From Candidatus Eiseniibacteriota bacterium (GTDB lineage: Bacteria > Eisenbacteria > RBG-16-71-46), in the NCBI GenBank assembly GCA_031370785.1, contig JANMQY010000144.1, forward strand, positions 32,001-96,000: a DNA stretch of 64,000 nucleotides, read 5' to 3'. Position 1 is the stretch's first letter. The number at the start of each line of letters is the position of its first letter. This document shows, in pieces, positions 37,486 through 47,534 of the stretch. The translations under genes were made by a program, and so were the position numbers. A model generated the notes under the pieces. That model saw nothing but the letters and a program-made list of their open reading frames with translations. It was not told the origin of the DNA and did no database searches.

Positions 37486-38802
37486 TCAGCGCGGCCGGGC
37501 TTTCGGTCCTCGCGGCCGGTGATCGTACTTCTCGAACAGCCGGCTCTGGCGATTCTCCATCGGCATCAGCTTGCCGGCGATCCAGACCTGCTCGACCCGG
37601 GTCGTGATCTCGAGCGGATCGCCATCGGTCACCATCAGGTCTGCGTTCTTGCCCGGCTCGATCGAGCCGAGCCGGTCCGAGACGCCGAGGATCTGCGCGG
37701 GAGAGAGCGTGATGCTCCTCAGAGCTTCGTCCCTCGGCAGGCCGAACGCCGCGGCCATCCCCGCGTTGTAGGCGAGATTGCGCGCGTTCATCGCGCCGAA
37801 GGTGCTGCCGCCGTCCGAGATGCAGAACGGAATCCCGGCGGCGAGGAGCTTTGCCGGCACCGAGAAGTTCTCGTCGTAGGCATCGAAACGATGGCGCGGC
37901 ACGCCGAGCGTGCCATCGGTGATCACCGCGATGTGCCGGGCATTGATCTCGTCCGGGATGCGCCACGCGTCATCGCCATCCATCAGGATCACCCTCGGCA
38001 GCTTCTCCTCGTCCACGAACCGGAGCGCGGCGCGGATCTGATTGAGCGCCCCGGCGCGGATGATGACCGGGATCTCGCCCTTGAGCGCCCTCGCCATCGC
38101 GTCCCACTTCACGTCCCGATCGTGGCGCGGGATGCCGGCCCGGCCTTCGGCATCGTGCGCCTGCCAGTACGCACGCGCATCGCCGAACGCCTTCTTCAGG
38201 TTCTCGATCGCCAGGTCTCGCGCCTTCTTCTGATCCTCATCGCTCACCGGGTTGAAGCGCGATCGGACCGGCGTCATGTTCGGCCAGTTGATGTGAAGCG
38301 CGATCGGGGCGCGAACGGTCATGTCCTCGGCCGTCCAGCCGTCCAGATGGATGAGCGCCGAGGTTCCCGAGAGCGCTCCGCCCTGAGGCACGATCAGCGC
38401 GCTGGTGACACCGTTGACACGCGCCACCGGCAGGAGGTCGCTGTCGGGATTGATCTGGACCTCGCTGCGGATGTTGGGATTGATGTCGCCGGTCTCCTGG
38501 TAGTCGTTGGTGCCGCGCACGCTTTCGATCTCGGTCAGGCCGAGCACGCTGTTGGAGGCGATCAGGCCGGGGTAGACGTGCTTGCCCGAAACCTGGATCA
38601 CCCTCGCCCCGGCCGGCGGGGCGAGCCCCGCGCCGACCGCGGTGATGCGGCCGTTCTCGATCACCACCGTGCCGTTCTTCAGGGTCGGCCCGCTCACCGT
38701 GTGCACCGTGCCGCCGACCAGCGCCAGCGTCTCGGCGGAGGCCGTGCCGCAAAGAACCAGGGCCGCGATCGCGGCGGCTAGTTCCGTCAGGCGCCGGATC
38801 AT
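37486..38802 (-). CDS. Secreted amidohydrolase-family protein
   Basis: Signal peptide, GKHVYPGLI, GSIEPGKNAD, GDPL; HxH motif absent. Confidence 0.85.
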   Translation of the reverse strand: MIRRLTELAAAIAALVLCGTASAETLALVGGTVHTVSGPTLKNGTVVIENGRITAVGAGLAPPAGARVIQVSGKHVYPGLIASNSVLGLTEIESVRGTNDYQETGDINPNIRSEVQINPDSDLLPVARVNGVTSALIVPQGGALSGTSALIHLDGWTAEDMTVRAPIALHINWPNMTPVRSRFNPVSDEDQKKARDLAIENLKKAFGDARAYWQAHDAEGRAGIPRHDRDVKWDAMARALKGEIPVIIRAGALNQIRAALRFVDEEKLPRVILMDGDDAWRIPDEINARHIAVITDGTLGVPRHRFDAYDENFSVPAKLLAAGIPFCISDGGSTFGAMNARNLAYNAGMAAAFGLPRDEALRSITLSPAQILGVSDRLGSIEPGKNADLMVTDGDPLEITTRVEQVWIAGKLMPMENRQSRLFEKYDHRPRGPKARPR

Positions 38803-41800
38803 CGCTGCACCTCCCCGCCCGCAGCGCGTTCTCGAACGCGGTGTTCGGACATCGGCAGCGCCGCGCGCCCATCTTCATCGCCGCACGCGCTGCCACTCAT
38901 GTCGGTCTCCTCGAGGTAGCGCGGCGGCCAGTTGCCCTTCGCTCCGGCCCCGCTCTCCTTCTTCGCGTTCCGGGCGCGGGTGATCAGCGCATCGCGCTCC
39001 CGGGCGAGCGCCTCGCGGCCGGCCAGATCGGCGTCGCGATCGAAATACTTGCGCCCTTCGATCCAGGTCTGCTCGCAGCGCGCATAGGGCGAGAGCGGGC
39101 TCGCGTTCCAGATCGAGAAGTCCGCGTCCTTGCCGACCTCGAGCGAACCCACCCGGTCGTCGATGCGCAGCTGCTTCGCGGGATTGAGCGTGACGAACTT
39201 GATCGCTTCCTCGGGCGGCACGCCGCCGTATTTCACGGCCTTCGCCGCCTCGGTGTTGAGCCGGCGCGCGGTGTCGTCGCTGTCCGAGTTGTACGAGACC
39301 ACCACGCCGCGGTCCCACATCAGGTAGCCGTTGTGCGGGATGGCGTCGATCACCTCGTACTTGTACGCCCACCAGTCGCTGAACGTGCTGCCGCCCGCGC
39401 CATGGGAGGCCATCTCGTCGGCCACCTTGTAACCCTCGAGCACGTGCTGGAACGTCTGCACCCGGATGCCCAGCGCTTCGGCGAGGCGAATCAGCATGAG
39501 GATCTCGTCCTGCCGGTAGGAATGGCAGTGGATGTAGCGCTTGCCGTCCATGATCTCGACCAGCGCATCGAGCTGCAGGTCGGGCTTGGGCGCGAACGGG
39601 CGCTTGCCCTGCTTGAACTCGGTCTGCGCATCGCGATAGTCGCGAGCGCGCAGGAACGCCTCGCGGATGACCTGCTCCACTCCGGCGCGGCTCTGCGGAT
39701 AGCGCCCGGTCGCATCGGCGCCCCAGTTGCTCTGCTTGACGTTCTCGCCGAGCGCGAACTTGATCGTGGGCGGCGCGGCCGCGAACAGCAGCTGATCCGG
39801 CGGCTCGCCCCACTTGTTGCGGATCACCGCGCACTGCCCGCCGATCGAGTTACACGATCCGTGAAGCAGGTGCATGATCGTGGTCCCGCCGGCGAGCTGG
39901 CGGTAGATGTTGACGCTCTCGGAGTTGATCACGTCCTTGATGCGCACCTCGGCGGTCACGCTGTTGGTGCACTCGTTCACGTTGCCGACGATCGCCGAGT
40001 GGCTGTGGCAATCGATGATCCCGGGGGCGACATGCTTGCCCGCGGCCTCGATCACGACCGCGCCCCTGGGCGCGGAGAGGCCGGTTCCGATCGCCGCGAT
40101 CTTGCCATTGCGGATCAGCAGATCGGCGCGCTCGAGCGTGCCACTCGCGCCCGCGGTCCACAGCGTGGCGTTGCGCACCAGCACCGCCGCCGGCTGCGCG
40201 GGAACGCTTGCGCGCCACGCCTCGGTGTTGCCCATGACCAGAGGGCTCACCACCGGCTCATCCTTCTTCTCCTCCTTCTTGTCCTCGGGCACACGCAGCG
40301 CGCTCACCGAATGCGTGTGATCGCCGGCATGCAGCGTCCCGGTCGCGGCCTCGTTCGCGGCAAGCAGGTCGAAGCGTTCCTCGGGATCGTTGCGCCGCTG
40401 CATGGTGAAACGCAGGCGCTTGCCGTCGAGACGCACCTGACGGGCGCTCAGCGTATCCGGGCCGACCACGAGCCTGACCGAGGTGTCGGGATCGATCGCC
40501 ACCATGAGCGAGTGAGGTCCCTGGCTCCAGTCGATGGACCACTTGCCCTTCCAGTCGGTGTCATCCTTCGCGACCTCGTAGCGATCGCCGTCCACCCACA
40601 CCTCGCGCACCTTCGCCTTCTCCGAGAACAGCGCGCCGCGGGTGACCGTGAGGTTCGCGAGCTTGCCCGGCGCGATCGTGCCCAGCCGGTCGCTGAGGCC
40701 GAGCAACCGAGCCGGCACCACCGTAACCGCGGCGAGCGCCTGATCCGGGGTGAGCCCGCGCCCGATCGCCTTTGCGATGTTGGCGCGGAAGGTGGCCACG
40801 TCCTTGAGCCCGTTCGCGGTGAGCGCGAAGGACACACCGCCCTTGATCAGCGCCGCGGCGTTGCCCGGCGCGTCATTCCACTGCCGCAGCTCCTCGGTCG
40901 CGACCTCGAGCGCGTTGTCCGGATCGCTCACGTCCGGCGCCTCGGGGAAATTGACCGGCTCGATCAGCGGGAGGCCATTGGCCGCGATCTCCTTCACGCG
41001 CTTGTATTCGTCTCCCGCGCCCGCGACCACCGCGCTCACCCGCGCCTCGCGCGCGATGGTGGCCGAGCGCAGCGTCTCGAGCATCTCATCGGTTAAGAAC
41101 AGCGCGCCCTGGCGTCCTTCGACGAGCGGTGCCAGCGCCTCCCACGACACGTTGACCGGCGGCGGCTCCTTCGCCGAGGGGGACCTCGCGTACGCCGCCT
41201 GCGAGGCGCGGTACCACTTCGCGTCGAGCAGCGCCTGGCGGATCACCGCGATGCCGCCCATCAGCGAGCCGGGATAGCCGATCGGATCCGACTCGAGCGA
41301 GAACACCTGTGCGGCGTCGGCCTTGAGCGGAGCGCGCGTCACCGCGCCATCGCGCAGCGCGATCACCGCGCTCGAGCCGCGCACGATGCCGCGCCGCGGC
41401 ACCACCTGCGCGACCGCAAAACCGGCGCCGCGCAACGACTCGAGTTGATCCTTGGGGAGAGGAAGTAGCGCGATCGCGCGCGTCTCGGGATGCACCGAAG
41501 GCAGCTCGTGCGCCGCGCCGCGCGCGGGCCCCGGCGCCGGCCCGGGGATCGGCCTTCGTCCCGGAGGTCCAGCCGCTCCTGCGGGAGCCGGCGGCTCCGC
41601 AGGCATCACCAGCGCGTCGATCAGTCCCGGATAAACGGTCAGGCTGTCGCCCTTCCACACTCGCGCATCCGCCGGGACCGTAACGCTCGCGCCGACCGCA
41701 ACGATCACGCCATCGCGCATCAGGACGGTGCCGCGCTCGATCACCTGGCCCGGCGCGGTCACGATGCGGGCGCCGACGATCGCGTGGACGCGGGGAGTCT

Positions 41801-41918
41801 CGGCAAGCGCGGGCGCGCCAGGGGCGACCAGCAGGGCCAGCGCCATAAGGGTCGGCGTCACAGACAGAAGGGGCGGCGCGCCGGAACGCATGGCGCGTGG
41901 GGGAGCGGGCAGGCGCAT
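38799..41918 (-). CDS. Secreted double-domain amidohydrolase
   Basis: AGGAG SD, ATG 41918; domain 2 has PGIIDCHSH, KFALGEN, HCHSYR, NSDS, GSLEVGKDAD. Confidence 0.88.
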   Translation of the reverse strand: MRLPAPPRAMRSGAPPLLSVTPTLMALALLVAPGAPALAETPRVHAIVGARIVTAPGQVIERGTVLMRDGVIVAVGASVTVPADARVWKGDSLTVYPGLIDALVMPAEPPAPAGAAGPPGRRPIPGPAPGPARGAAHELPSVHPETRAIALLPLPKDQLESLRGAGFAVAQVVPRRGIVRGSSAVIALRDGAVTRAPLKADAAQVFSLESDPIGYPGSLMGGIAVIRQALLDAKWYRASQAAYARSPSAKEPPPVNVSWEALAPLVEGRQGALFLTDEMLETLRSATIAREARVSAVVAGAGDEYKRVKEIAANGLPLIEPVNFPEAPDVSDPDNALEVATEELRQWNDAPGNAAALIKGGVSFALTANGLKDVATFRANIAKAIGRGLTPDQALAAVTVVPARLLGLSDRLGTIAPGKLANLTVTRGALFSEKAKVREVWVDGDRYEVAKDDTDWKGKWSIDWSQGPHSLMVAIDPDTSVRLVVGPDTLSARQVRLDGKRLRFTMQRRNDPEERFDLLAANEAATGTLHAGDHTHSVSALRVPEDKKEEKKDEPVVSPLVMGNTEAWRASVPAQPAAVLVRNATLWTAGASGTLERADLLIRNGKIAAIGTGLSAPRGAVVIEAAGKHVAPGIIDCHSHSAIVGNVNECTNSVTAEVRIKDVINSESVNIYRQLAGGTTIMHLLHGSCNSIGGQCAVIRNKWGEPPDQLLFAAAPPTIKFALGENVKQSNWGADATGRYPQSRAGVEQVIREAFLRARDYRDAQTEFKQGKRPFAPKPDLQLDALVEIMDGKRYIHCHSYRQDEILMLIRLAEALGIRVQTFQHVLEGYKVADEMASHGAGGSTFSDWWAYKYEVIDAIPHNGYLMWDRGVVVSYNSDSDDTARRLNTEAAKAVKYGGVPPEEAIKFVTLNPAKQLRIDDRVGSLEVGKDADFSIWNASPLSPYARCEQTWIEGRKYFDRDADLAGREALARERDALITRARNAKKESGAGAKGNWPPRYLEETDMSGSACGDEDGRAALPMSEHRVRERAAGGEVQR

Positions 41919-42069
41919 GGATCGACTCCTCAAAGGAAAGGCGGGCCGCTCGAGCGCGGCGTCGGACGCGAGGGACAGGAAGGTAGAAAACGCACGATGG
42001 GCGTGGCAAGACCGCAACGAAGCCGGCCAGGGACATGCGACCAGTGGGCGTTTTTTGGGGTACCACCGC

Positions 42070-42085
42070 GGGTCTCGTTCTTGCA
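42070..42085 (+). promoter_or_regulatory. Possible sigma54 promoter
   Basis: GGGTCTCGTTCTTGCA, GG-N10-GC with TTGCA, about 70 nt before ATG 42154. Confidence 0.4.
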
Positions 42086-42153
42086 TGATGCACCGCGTCA
42101 CCCGTGCCGCCTCAAGTCCACCCTCGCGGCCGGGGCAGCGAAAGGAGTGCCTC

Positions 42154-42594
42154 ATGAAGTTTCGAGTCATGGAAGGGCTCGGCCTGGTCCTCGCGCTCGG
42201 GCTGATGGGCATCACGCCCGCGCATGCCGAGGTCAGTCTGAACATCAATCTGAGCAACGCGCCGCCACCGCCGGTGGTGGTGTACCGCAGCGAGCCGCGC
42301 ATGGTGCTGGTGCCCGAGAGCCGGGTGTACGTGATCGACGATGACCAGAGCGATTACGACTACTTCCGCTACGGATCGCGCTATTACATTTACAAGTCCG
42401 GCTACTGGTACCGCGCTCGCAACTACCGCGGGCCGTTCATGGTGATCGAGGAGCGCTACGTGCCGGCCTCGATCTGGCGCGTGCCCGAGCGGCGCTGGCG
42501 TCATCTGCCTCCCGGACACCGGAAGCGGAACGTCATCGTGGTGAAGGAGAAGAAGGGTCACTACGATCACGGCAAGGGACACGACAAACACTAG
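42154..42594 (+). CDS. Small secreted Tyr/Trp/Pro-rich protein (WXXGXW-repeat-like)
   Basis: AAGGAG SD, signal peptide, PPPPVVV, GYWYRA..GP, HLPPGH, Lys/His-rich tail. Confidence 0.8.
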   Translation: MKFRVMEGLGLVLALGLMGITPAHAEVSLNINLSNAPPPPVVVYRSEPRMVLVPESRVYVIDDDQSDYDYFRYGSRYYIYKSGYWYRARNYRGPFMVIEERYVPASIWRVPERRWRHLPPGHRKRNVIVVKEKKGHYDHGKGHDKH

Positions 42595-42621
42595 GGCAGG
42601 CAGGAACTCGAGAAGAGATCA

Positions 42622-42661
42622 CGGGCGTCCGGTGAAGCGCCGGACGCCCGCAGTGTTTTTT
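42622..42661 (+). terminator. Terminator hairpin between convergent genes
   Basis: CGGGCGTCCGG / CCGGACGCCCG followed by CAGTGTTTTTT. Confidence 0.7.
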
Positions 42662-42710
42662 GGCATCGAGGCGGGCCGCCGCCACGAGTGAGAGTCGGCC
42701 GTCGGGCGGC

Positions 42711-43940
42711 CTACGCTCTCGGCTTGCCCCGCATCCGCCACGCCAGCAGCGGCGGGGTGACCAGCGTGGTTGCCGCCACCATCACCACCACCGCCGAGTA
42801 CAGGGTCGGGTCCACCACGCGCTTGCCGTGAAGCACGAGCGAAGCGCCGATGCTGGCGAAGATCAGCCCGACCTCGCCGCGCGGGATCATGCCGAGCCCG
42901 ACCGCGAGGCGGTCCGCGCCCTTTTCGAGCACGCCGAGCGAGCACGCCTGCTTGCCGACGACCGCAGCGAGGGTCAGCGCGGCGGCAAAGCCGAGGACCC
43001 CTGAGTTCCCGAACGCGGCAAGATCCACCCGCATGCCCATCAGCACGAAGAACACGGGCACGAGAAATCCCGCAAGCGGCTCGAGCAGCTCGCGCACGCC
43101 GCGCGCATGCGTGTCGCGGGCCACGAGGTCCCGGACGTGCACCTCTTCCAGCACCAGCCCGGCCGCGAACGCGCCGACGATGGGTGCGAGCCCGAGGCGC
43201 CCGGCAGCCCACGCCAGGGCGAAGCAGAAGGCGAGCGCCAAGCCGACCAGGAGGTTCTCCCCGGGAAGCCGGGCCGCGAGGCTGAAGGCGACACGCGACA
43301 GCCAGCGCCCCACGATCACGGCGCCCACCAGAAATCCGAGCGATTTGGCGACGATGACGAGCACCAGCCTCGCGTCGAACGCCGCGCCCGACCCGGCGGC
43401 CGCGATCACCCCCGAGATCACCGCCAGCACCATCAGGCCGAGCACGTCGTCGATTACCGCCGCACCGAGGATCACGCGGCCTTCGACGCTGGCGGTGCGT
43501 CCGAGATCGGCCAGCAAGCGCGCCGTAACGCCGACGCTGGTCGCGCACAGGGTCGCGCCCACAAACCAGTGCACCAGAGCATCCTGCGCTGGGAAGAACG
43601 CACGGGAGACTGCGAAGCCGAGCCCGATCGGCACGATCACTCCGAGCACCGCGACCAGCAGTGCCGAGGGCCCGACCGCCAGCATCTGGCGCACGTCGGA
43701 CTCGAGCCCGACCTGAAACAGCAGGAACAGCACGCCGAGTCCGGCCAGCAGCTCGAGGCCGGGCAGGTCGCGCATCCCGTCCAGCCCATACACACCGATC
43801 AGGCCGAGGTTGCCGAGGATCACGCCGACCACCAGCTCGCCGAGCACGGCCGGGAGCCGGAACCTCTCGAACAGCGCGCCGCCCAGGCGCGCTCCCAGAA
43901 GGATCAGCGCCAGCGCCGCGAGAATGGGGAGCAGCGCCAC
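42711..43940 (-). CDS. Cation:proton antiporter (CPA2)
   Basis: PAVLGEL, GLESD, ATSVGVT, AVIDDV, GAFAAG, MIPRGEVG. Confidence 0.92.
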   Translation of the reverse strand: MALLPILAALALILLGARLGGALFERFRLPAVLGELVVGVILGNLGLIGVYGLDGMRDLPGLELLAGLGVLFLLFQVGLESDVRQMLAVGPSALLVAVLGVIVPIGLGFAVSRAFFPAQDALVHWFVGATLCATSVGVTARLLADLGRTASVEGRVILGAAVIDDVLGLMVLAVISGVIAAAGSGAAFDARLVLVIVAKSLGFLVGAVIVGRWLSRVAFSLAARLPGENLLVGLALAFCFALAWAAGRLGLAPIVGAFAAGLVLEEVHVRDLVARDTHARGVRELLEPLAGFLVPVFFVLMGMRVDLAAFGNSGVLGFAAALTLAAVVGKQACSLGVLEKGADRLAVGLGMIPRGEVGLIFASIGASLVLHGKRVVDPTLYSAVVVMVAATTLVTPPLLAWRMRGKPRA

Positions 43941-44498
43941 TCAGCTGCCCTCGAGAGTGAAGCCGAACGAGCGCGGCACCAGATGGCGGGTGGGGTCATT
44001 GGCGTCGCACACCAGCGCCAGAGGATCCCCTTCGGCGGGCGGCCGCTCCTGCGCATCCAGCCGCAGGACGACCGAGGAGCGCACCTCGTGGCCGTGCAGG
44101 TTCGCGAGGTAGCGCACCCGCACCCGGGTCGAGCGTTGCGCCGAGGGCGCCCGGTTGGGTGCGACCTCTGTGATCCGCGCGCTGCAGGTCACGCCGTGGA
44201 CCAGCAGCCGGTGGGCGCGACGCACGCTGCCAAGGAGGACGCCCCAGCACACCGCAGCCGAAGAGGCGAGGGCGATAGGCACGACGTGCCTCAGGCTGAG
44301 CGCGAGGTGCTCCTCGCGTCCCGCAGCGAACTCGAACATGGCGAGCGCGGCGGTGAGCGCGGTCGCGGCCGCCGAGAGACGGCGCGTCTCGAAGGCGGTC
44401 ATCCACAGGTGACCGAGCGGCACGACACGCGGCGGCTGCGGCCCCAGGGAGAAGAGGCCGGGCGTCGTCGCTGGTTCGCGGTCCGAAACCACGTCCAC
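43941..44498 (-). CDS. Membrane protein (DUF3592-like)
   Basis: Two TMs then G..ARIT..VRY..GD.L.L..D..DP; abuts antiporter start. Confidence 0.55.
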   Translation of the reverse strand: MDVVSDREPATTPGLFSLGPQPPRVVPLGHLWMTAFETRRLSAAATALTAALAMFEFAAGREEHLALSLRHVVPIALASSAAVCWGVLLGSVRRAHRLLVHGVTCSARITEVAPNRAPSAQRSTRVRVRYLANLHGHEVRSSVVLRLDAQERPPAEGDPLALVCDANDPTRHLVPRSFGFTLEGS

Positions 44499-44663
44499 GA
44501 TCGCCTCGTTCCGTGGCCGGGCAAGAAACCAGTCACGAGGGGGAAGACCTCAGGGTATCGAATGGGACAGGAGAATACCCGTTCGCGCGGGCCCTCTGCT
44601 ACATTCGTCGTCCATTTGGCGATGCGATCGACTCTCCAGGCCGCCCAAGGAGACCCTGCAACC

Positions 44664-45668
44664 ATGAAGCATCGAATACGCGTCCGCGGCTTCGTTGCCC
44701 GTCACACGCTGCCGTCCCTTGCGCTCGCCGTGCTTCTCGCCGGCTGCTCGGACGCAACCCGGATCACCAACCCCGGGGGGGATACCGGCGGTAACCATCT
44801 GGTGGTGTTTTCCAGCGATCGGAGCCAGAGCGTCGGTCAGTACGATCTCTACCTCTACGACCTCGATGCGGGCGGCTTCCGTCAGACCTACAACGTCAGC
44901 AGCACCTCATTCGCGGATCGGTGGCCGACGATCCGGAGCGATGGGCGGCTCATCGCATTCGAGAGCAACCGCGGCGGGACCAGCGGCAGCGACATCCTGA
45001 TGCTCGACCGCGCGCAGCGCACCCTCATCGCGCTGAACGGCGTGAACACGAACCAGAACGAGATTGAGCCCGCATTCTCGGGCGATGGGCAGAAGATGGC
45101 GTTCGTCCGGCAGATCGGCCTCTCGCTGCGCGTGCGCCTGGTGAATGGCGTCAACGACCAGCTGATTCCTCTGCCAGGGCTCGACACCACTGCCACCTAC
45201 AACGATTTCTCGCCGTCGCCGGACCAGACCGCGAATCGCATCGCGCTCTGCTCGGATCGGAGCGGAAACTTCGACGTATTCGTCTACGACCGTGGCGGCG
45301 AGTCGCTGATGGTCCTGCCGGATCTGGTCTCGGATTCGAGCGACGTCGACCCAACGCTCTCGGCCGACGGACGCTTCCTCTGCTTCGCCTCGAGCCGGAT
45401 CGGCGGATCGGGCGGATTCGACCTCTACCTCTACGACCTGACGACCCGGAGCTTCATCACGCCGCCGGCCGCGCTCAATACCGCGCAGGATGAGCGACAT
45501 CCATCGATTGGAGCGACCGGCGCCGCGGTCGCGTTCCAGTCCAACCGCTCGACTGGGCTCGGGAAGAACGACATCTTCCTGTGGCTGCGCTCGACCGGCG
45601 CCGTAAGTCAGCCCCCGGGGCTTGCCAACGCCGGCAACGACATCGAGCCTTCGCTGCGCTGGCCGTGA
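44664..45668 (+). CDS. TolB-like PD40-repeat lipoprotein
   Basis: Lipobox LAGC; repeated P..S.DG..IAF.S.R and DLYLYDL. Confidence 0.85.
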   Translation: MKHRIRVRGFVARHTLPSLALAVLLAGCSDATRITNPGGDTGGNHLVVFSSDRSQSVGQYDLYLYDLDAGGFRQTYNVSSTSFADRWPTIRSDGRLIAFESNRGGTSGSDILMLDRAQRTLIALNGVNTNQNEIEPAFSGDGQKMAFVRQIGLSLRVRLVNGVNDQLIPLPGLDTTATYNDFSPSPDQTANRIALCSDRSGNFDVFVYDRGGESLMVLPDLVSDSSDVDPTLSADGRFLCFASSRIGGSGGFDLYLYDLTTRSFITPPAALNTAQDERHPSIGATGAAVAFQSNRSTGLGKNDIFLWLRSTGAVSQPPGLANAGNDIEPSLRWP

Positions 45669-47158
45669 GGCTCTCGCGCCGCAGATTCCTGGGGCTGGGC
45701 GCCGCGGCCTCGGCCTCGCTCATGGTCTCGAATGCGCTCGAGACCCTGTTCGCGCGCGCCGCATCCGGGGCGGCTTTCCGCGCCGAGGGGTACGGCCCTC
45801 TTCTCAAGGATCCCGACGGACTGCTCGATCTTCCCGCGGGCTTCCAGTATCGCGTGCTCTCGACCGCGCGCCTGAAGGCCGACGCGGACGCGCGGTTCAC
45901 CCAGCGCCTCACCAACGGCGAGCTGGTTCCGCCGCTTCACGATGGTATGGGCGCATTTCGCGGCCCGGCGGGGATCACGGTGCTGGTGCGCAACCACGAG
46001 CTCAACTTCGAGGATTCGCCGAGCGTGGACGCACGGCGGGAGCGGCCCTACGACCCGCTCGCGCGCGGCGGCACCACGACCCTGTGGGTGGATGGCGAGC
46101 GCCGACTGGTGCGCGCGTTCCCGAGCCTCTCGGGGACGACGCGCAATTGCGCGGGCGGCGTCACGCCGTGGGGCTCATGGCTTTCGTGCGAAGAGGCGGT
46201 GAACCTTCCGGGCGAAATCGATTCGATCAATCACGACCGCACTCCCAGGGCCAGCAGGCGCCATGGCTACGTGTTCGAGGTGGACTCGCGCAGCGAGGGG
46301 CTGGTCGATCCCTTGCCGCTGGTCGCGATGGGACGCTTCCGTCACGAGGCGGCGGCGGTGGATCCCGCGACCGGCGTCGTCTACCTGACCGAGGATCGCG
46401 TCGATGGCCTGCTCTATCGCTTTCGGCCCGAAGTCGTGATGAAAGGCTCCAGGCGAGCGCAGGCGCTCACGGTAGGCGATCTCGCGAAGGGCGGAACGCT
46501 GGAAGCGCTGCGCATCATCGAGCGCCGCTCGGCCCGAACGCAGAACCACGACGAGGGCGAGCCCGCGCCCACCTCGCGCGCGACTCCGATCGGAAAACCC
46601 TGGAAGGTCGACTGGGTCCCGATCCCCAACCCGGATCCGGACATGGACATGGAGTGGGATCCGACCGACAGCCAGGCCGCATCTCCGGTCGATCGCCGCG
46701 AGCGCACCGCATCCACATCGACACGCGCGCAGGGGTTTGCGCTCGGCGCCGCGCAGTTCGCGCGCAGCGAAGGAATCGCGATCCGGAATCGCGTGCTGTT
46801 CTTCTGCTGCACCGACGGCGGATCCGCGAAACTCGGACAGGTGTGGCAGTTCGACGTTCCAAAACAGGAGCTGATGCTGCTCGTCGAGCCCAACGATCCG
46901 GGAGCGCTCGACGGACCGGACAACCTGACCCCCGCACCCAACGGCGATCTCATCGTGTGCGAGGACGGAATACGAGACGACTATGTCATCGGCATCACAC
47001 CGCATGGACGTCTCTATCAACTCGCACGCAACGCGTACAACGACATGGAATTCGCGGGCGCGTGCTTCGCGCCCGATGGGCGCACGTTGTTCGTCAACGT
47101 GCAGGAGCCGGGCATGACGTTCGCGATCTGGGGACCATGGCGAAAGCGACGCGGCTGA
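45665..47158 (+). CDS. Tat-exported PhoX-family (DUF839) alkaline phosphatase
   Basis: SRRRFLG; HDGMG, RNHE, NCAGGVTPWGSWLSCEE, GRFRHEA, PDNL, CED, EFAG. Confidence 0.88.
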   Translation: MRLSRRRFLGLGAAASASLMVSNALETLFARAASGAAFRAEGYGPLLKDPDGLLDLPAGFQYRVLSTARLKADADARFTQRLTNGELVPPLHDGMGAFRGPAGITVLVRNHELNFEDSPSVDARRERPYDPLARGGTTTLWVDGERRLVRAFPSLSGTTRNCAGGVTPWGSWLSCEEAVNLPGEIDSINHDRTPRASRRHGYVFEVDSRSEGLVDPLPLVAMGRFRHEAAAVDPATGVVYLTEDRVDGLLYRFRPEVVMKGSRRAQALTVGDLAKGGTLEALRIIERRSARTQNHDEGEPAPTSRATPIGKPWKVDWVPIPNPDPDMDMEWDPTDSQAASPVDRRERTASTSTRAQGFALGAAQFARSEGIAIRNRVLFFCCTDGGSAKLGQVWQFDVPKQELMLLVEPNDPGALDGPDNLTPAPNGDLIVCEDGIRDDYVIGITPHGRLYQLARNAYNDMEFAGACFAPDGRTLFVNVQEPGMTFAIWGPWRKRRG

Positions 47159-47534
47159 ATGCGTTGCAGACGAATCGCTCGAAACTCCGCGCTTCACTCG
47201 CTTTCGCGTTTTCATTTTTTTCCAGAAGCTGCGCGCTATTGTCGCTATTGATCGAAACTGCTGTCGACAAATACGAGCGACATGTTCATCAACAAAACCG
47301 CGCGCAAAAAATCTTCTTGCCGCGGATGGATTCAAGAGCGATAAACCTCGGCACCGTTCGTGGGGAAACCGACTCCTTCGCGAGCGAACGGAAATCGTCC
47401 TTCCAATCACGCAGACGACTCAGAAGGGTCGAAGCGCACCAGATCCAGACGGCGAGCAGAAACCTTGCAGCGCTACCAGGGTCAGGTGACAGGGGAAGGT
47501 TTCGGCAATCGCGAAGGGACAAGGAGGTCCCCAG

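Noticed and set aside
47461..47534. B12 riboswitch or SRP-like RNA before nrdJ
   Set aside because: Conserved B12-box and SRP loop elements are not present in order
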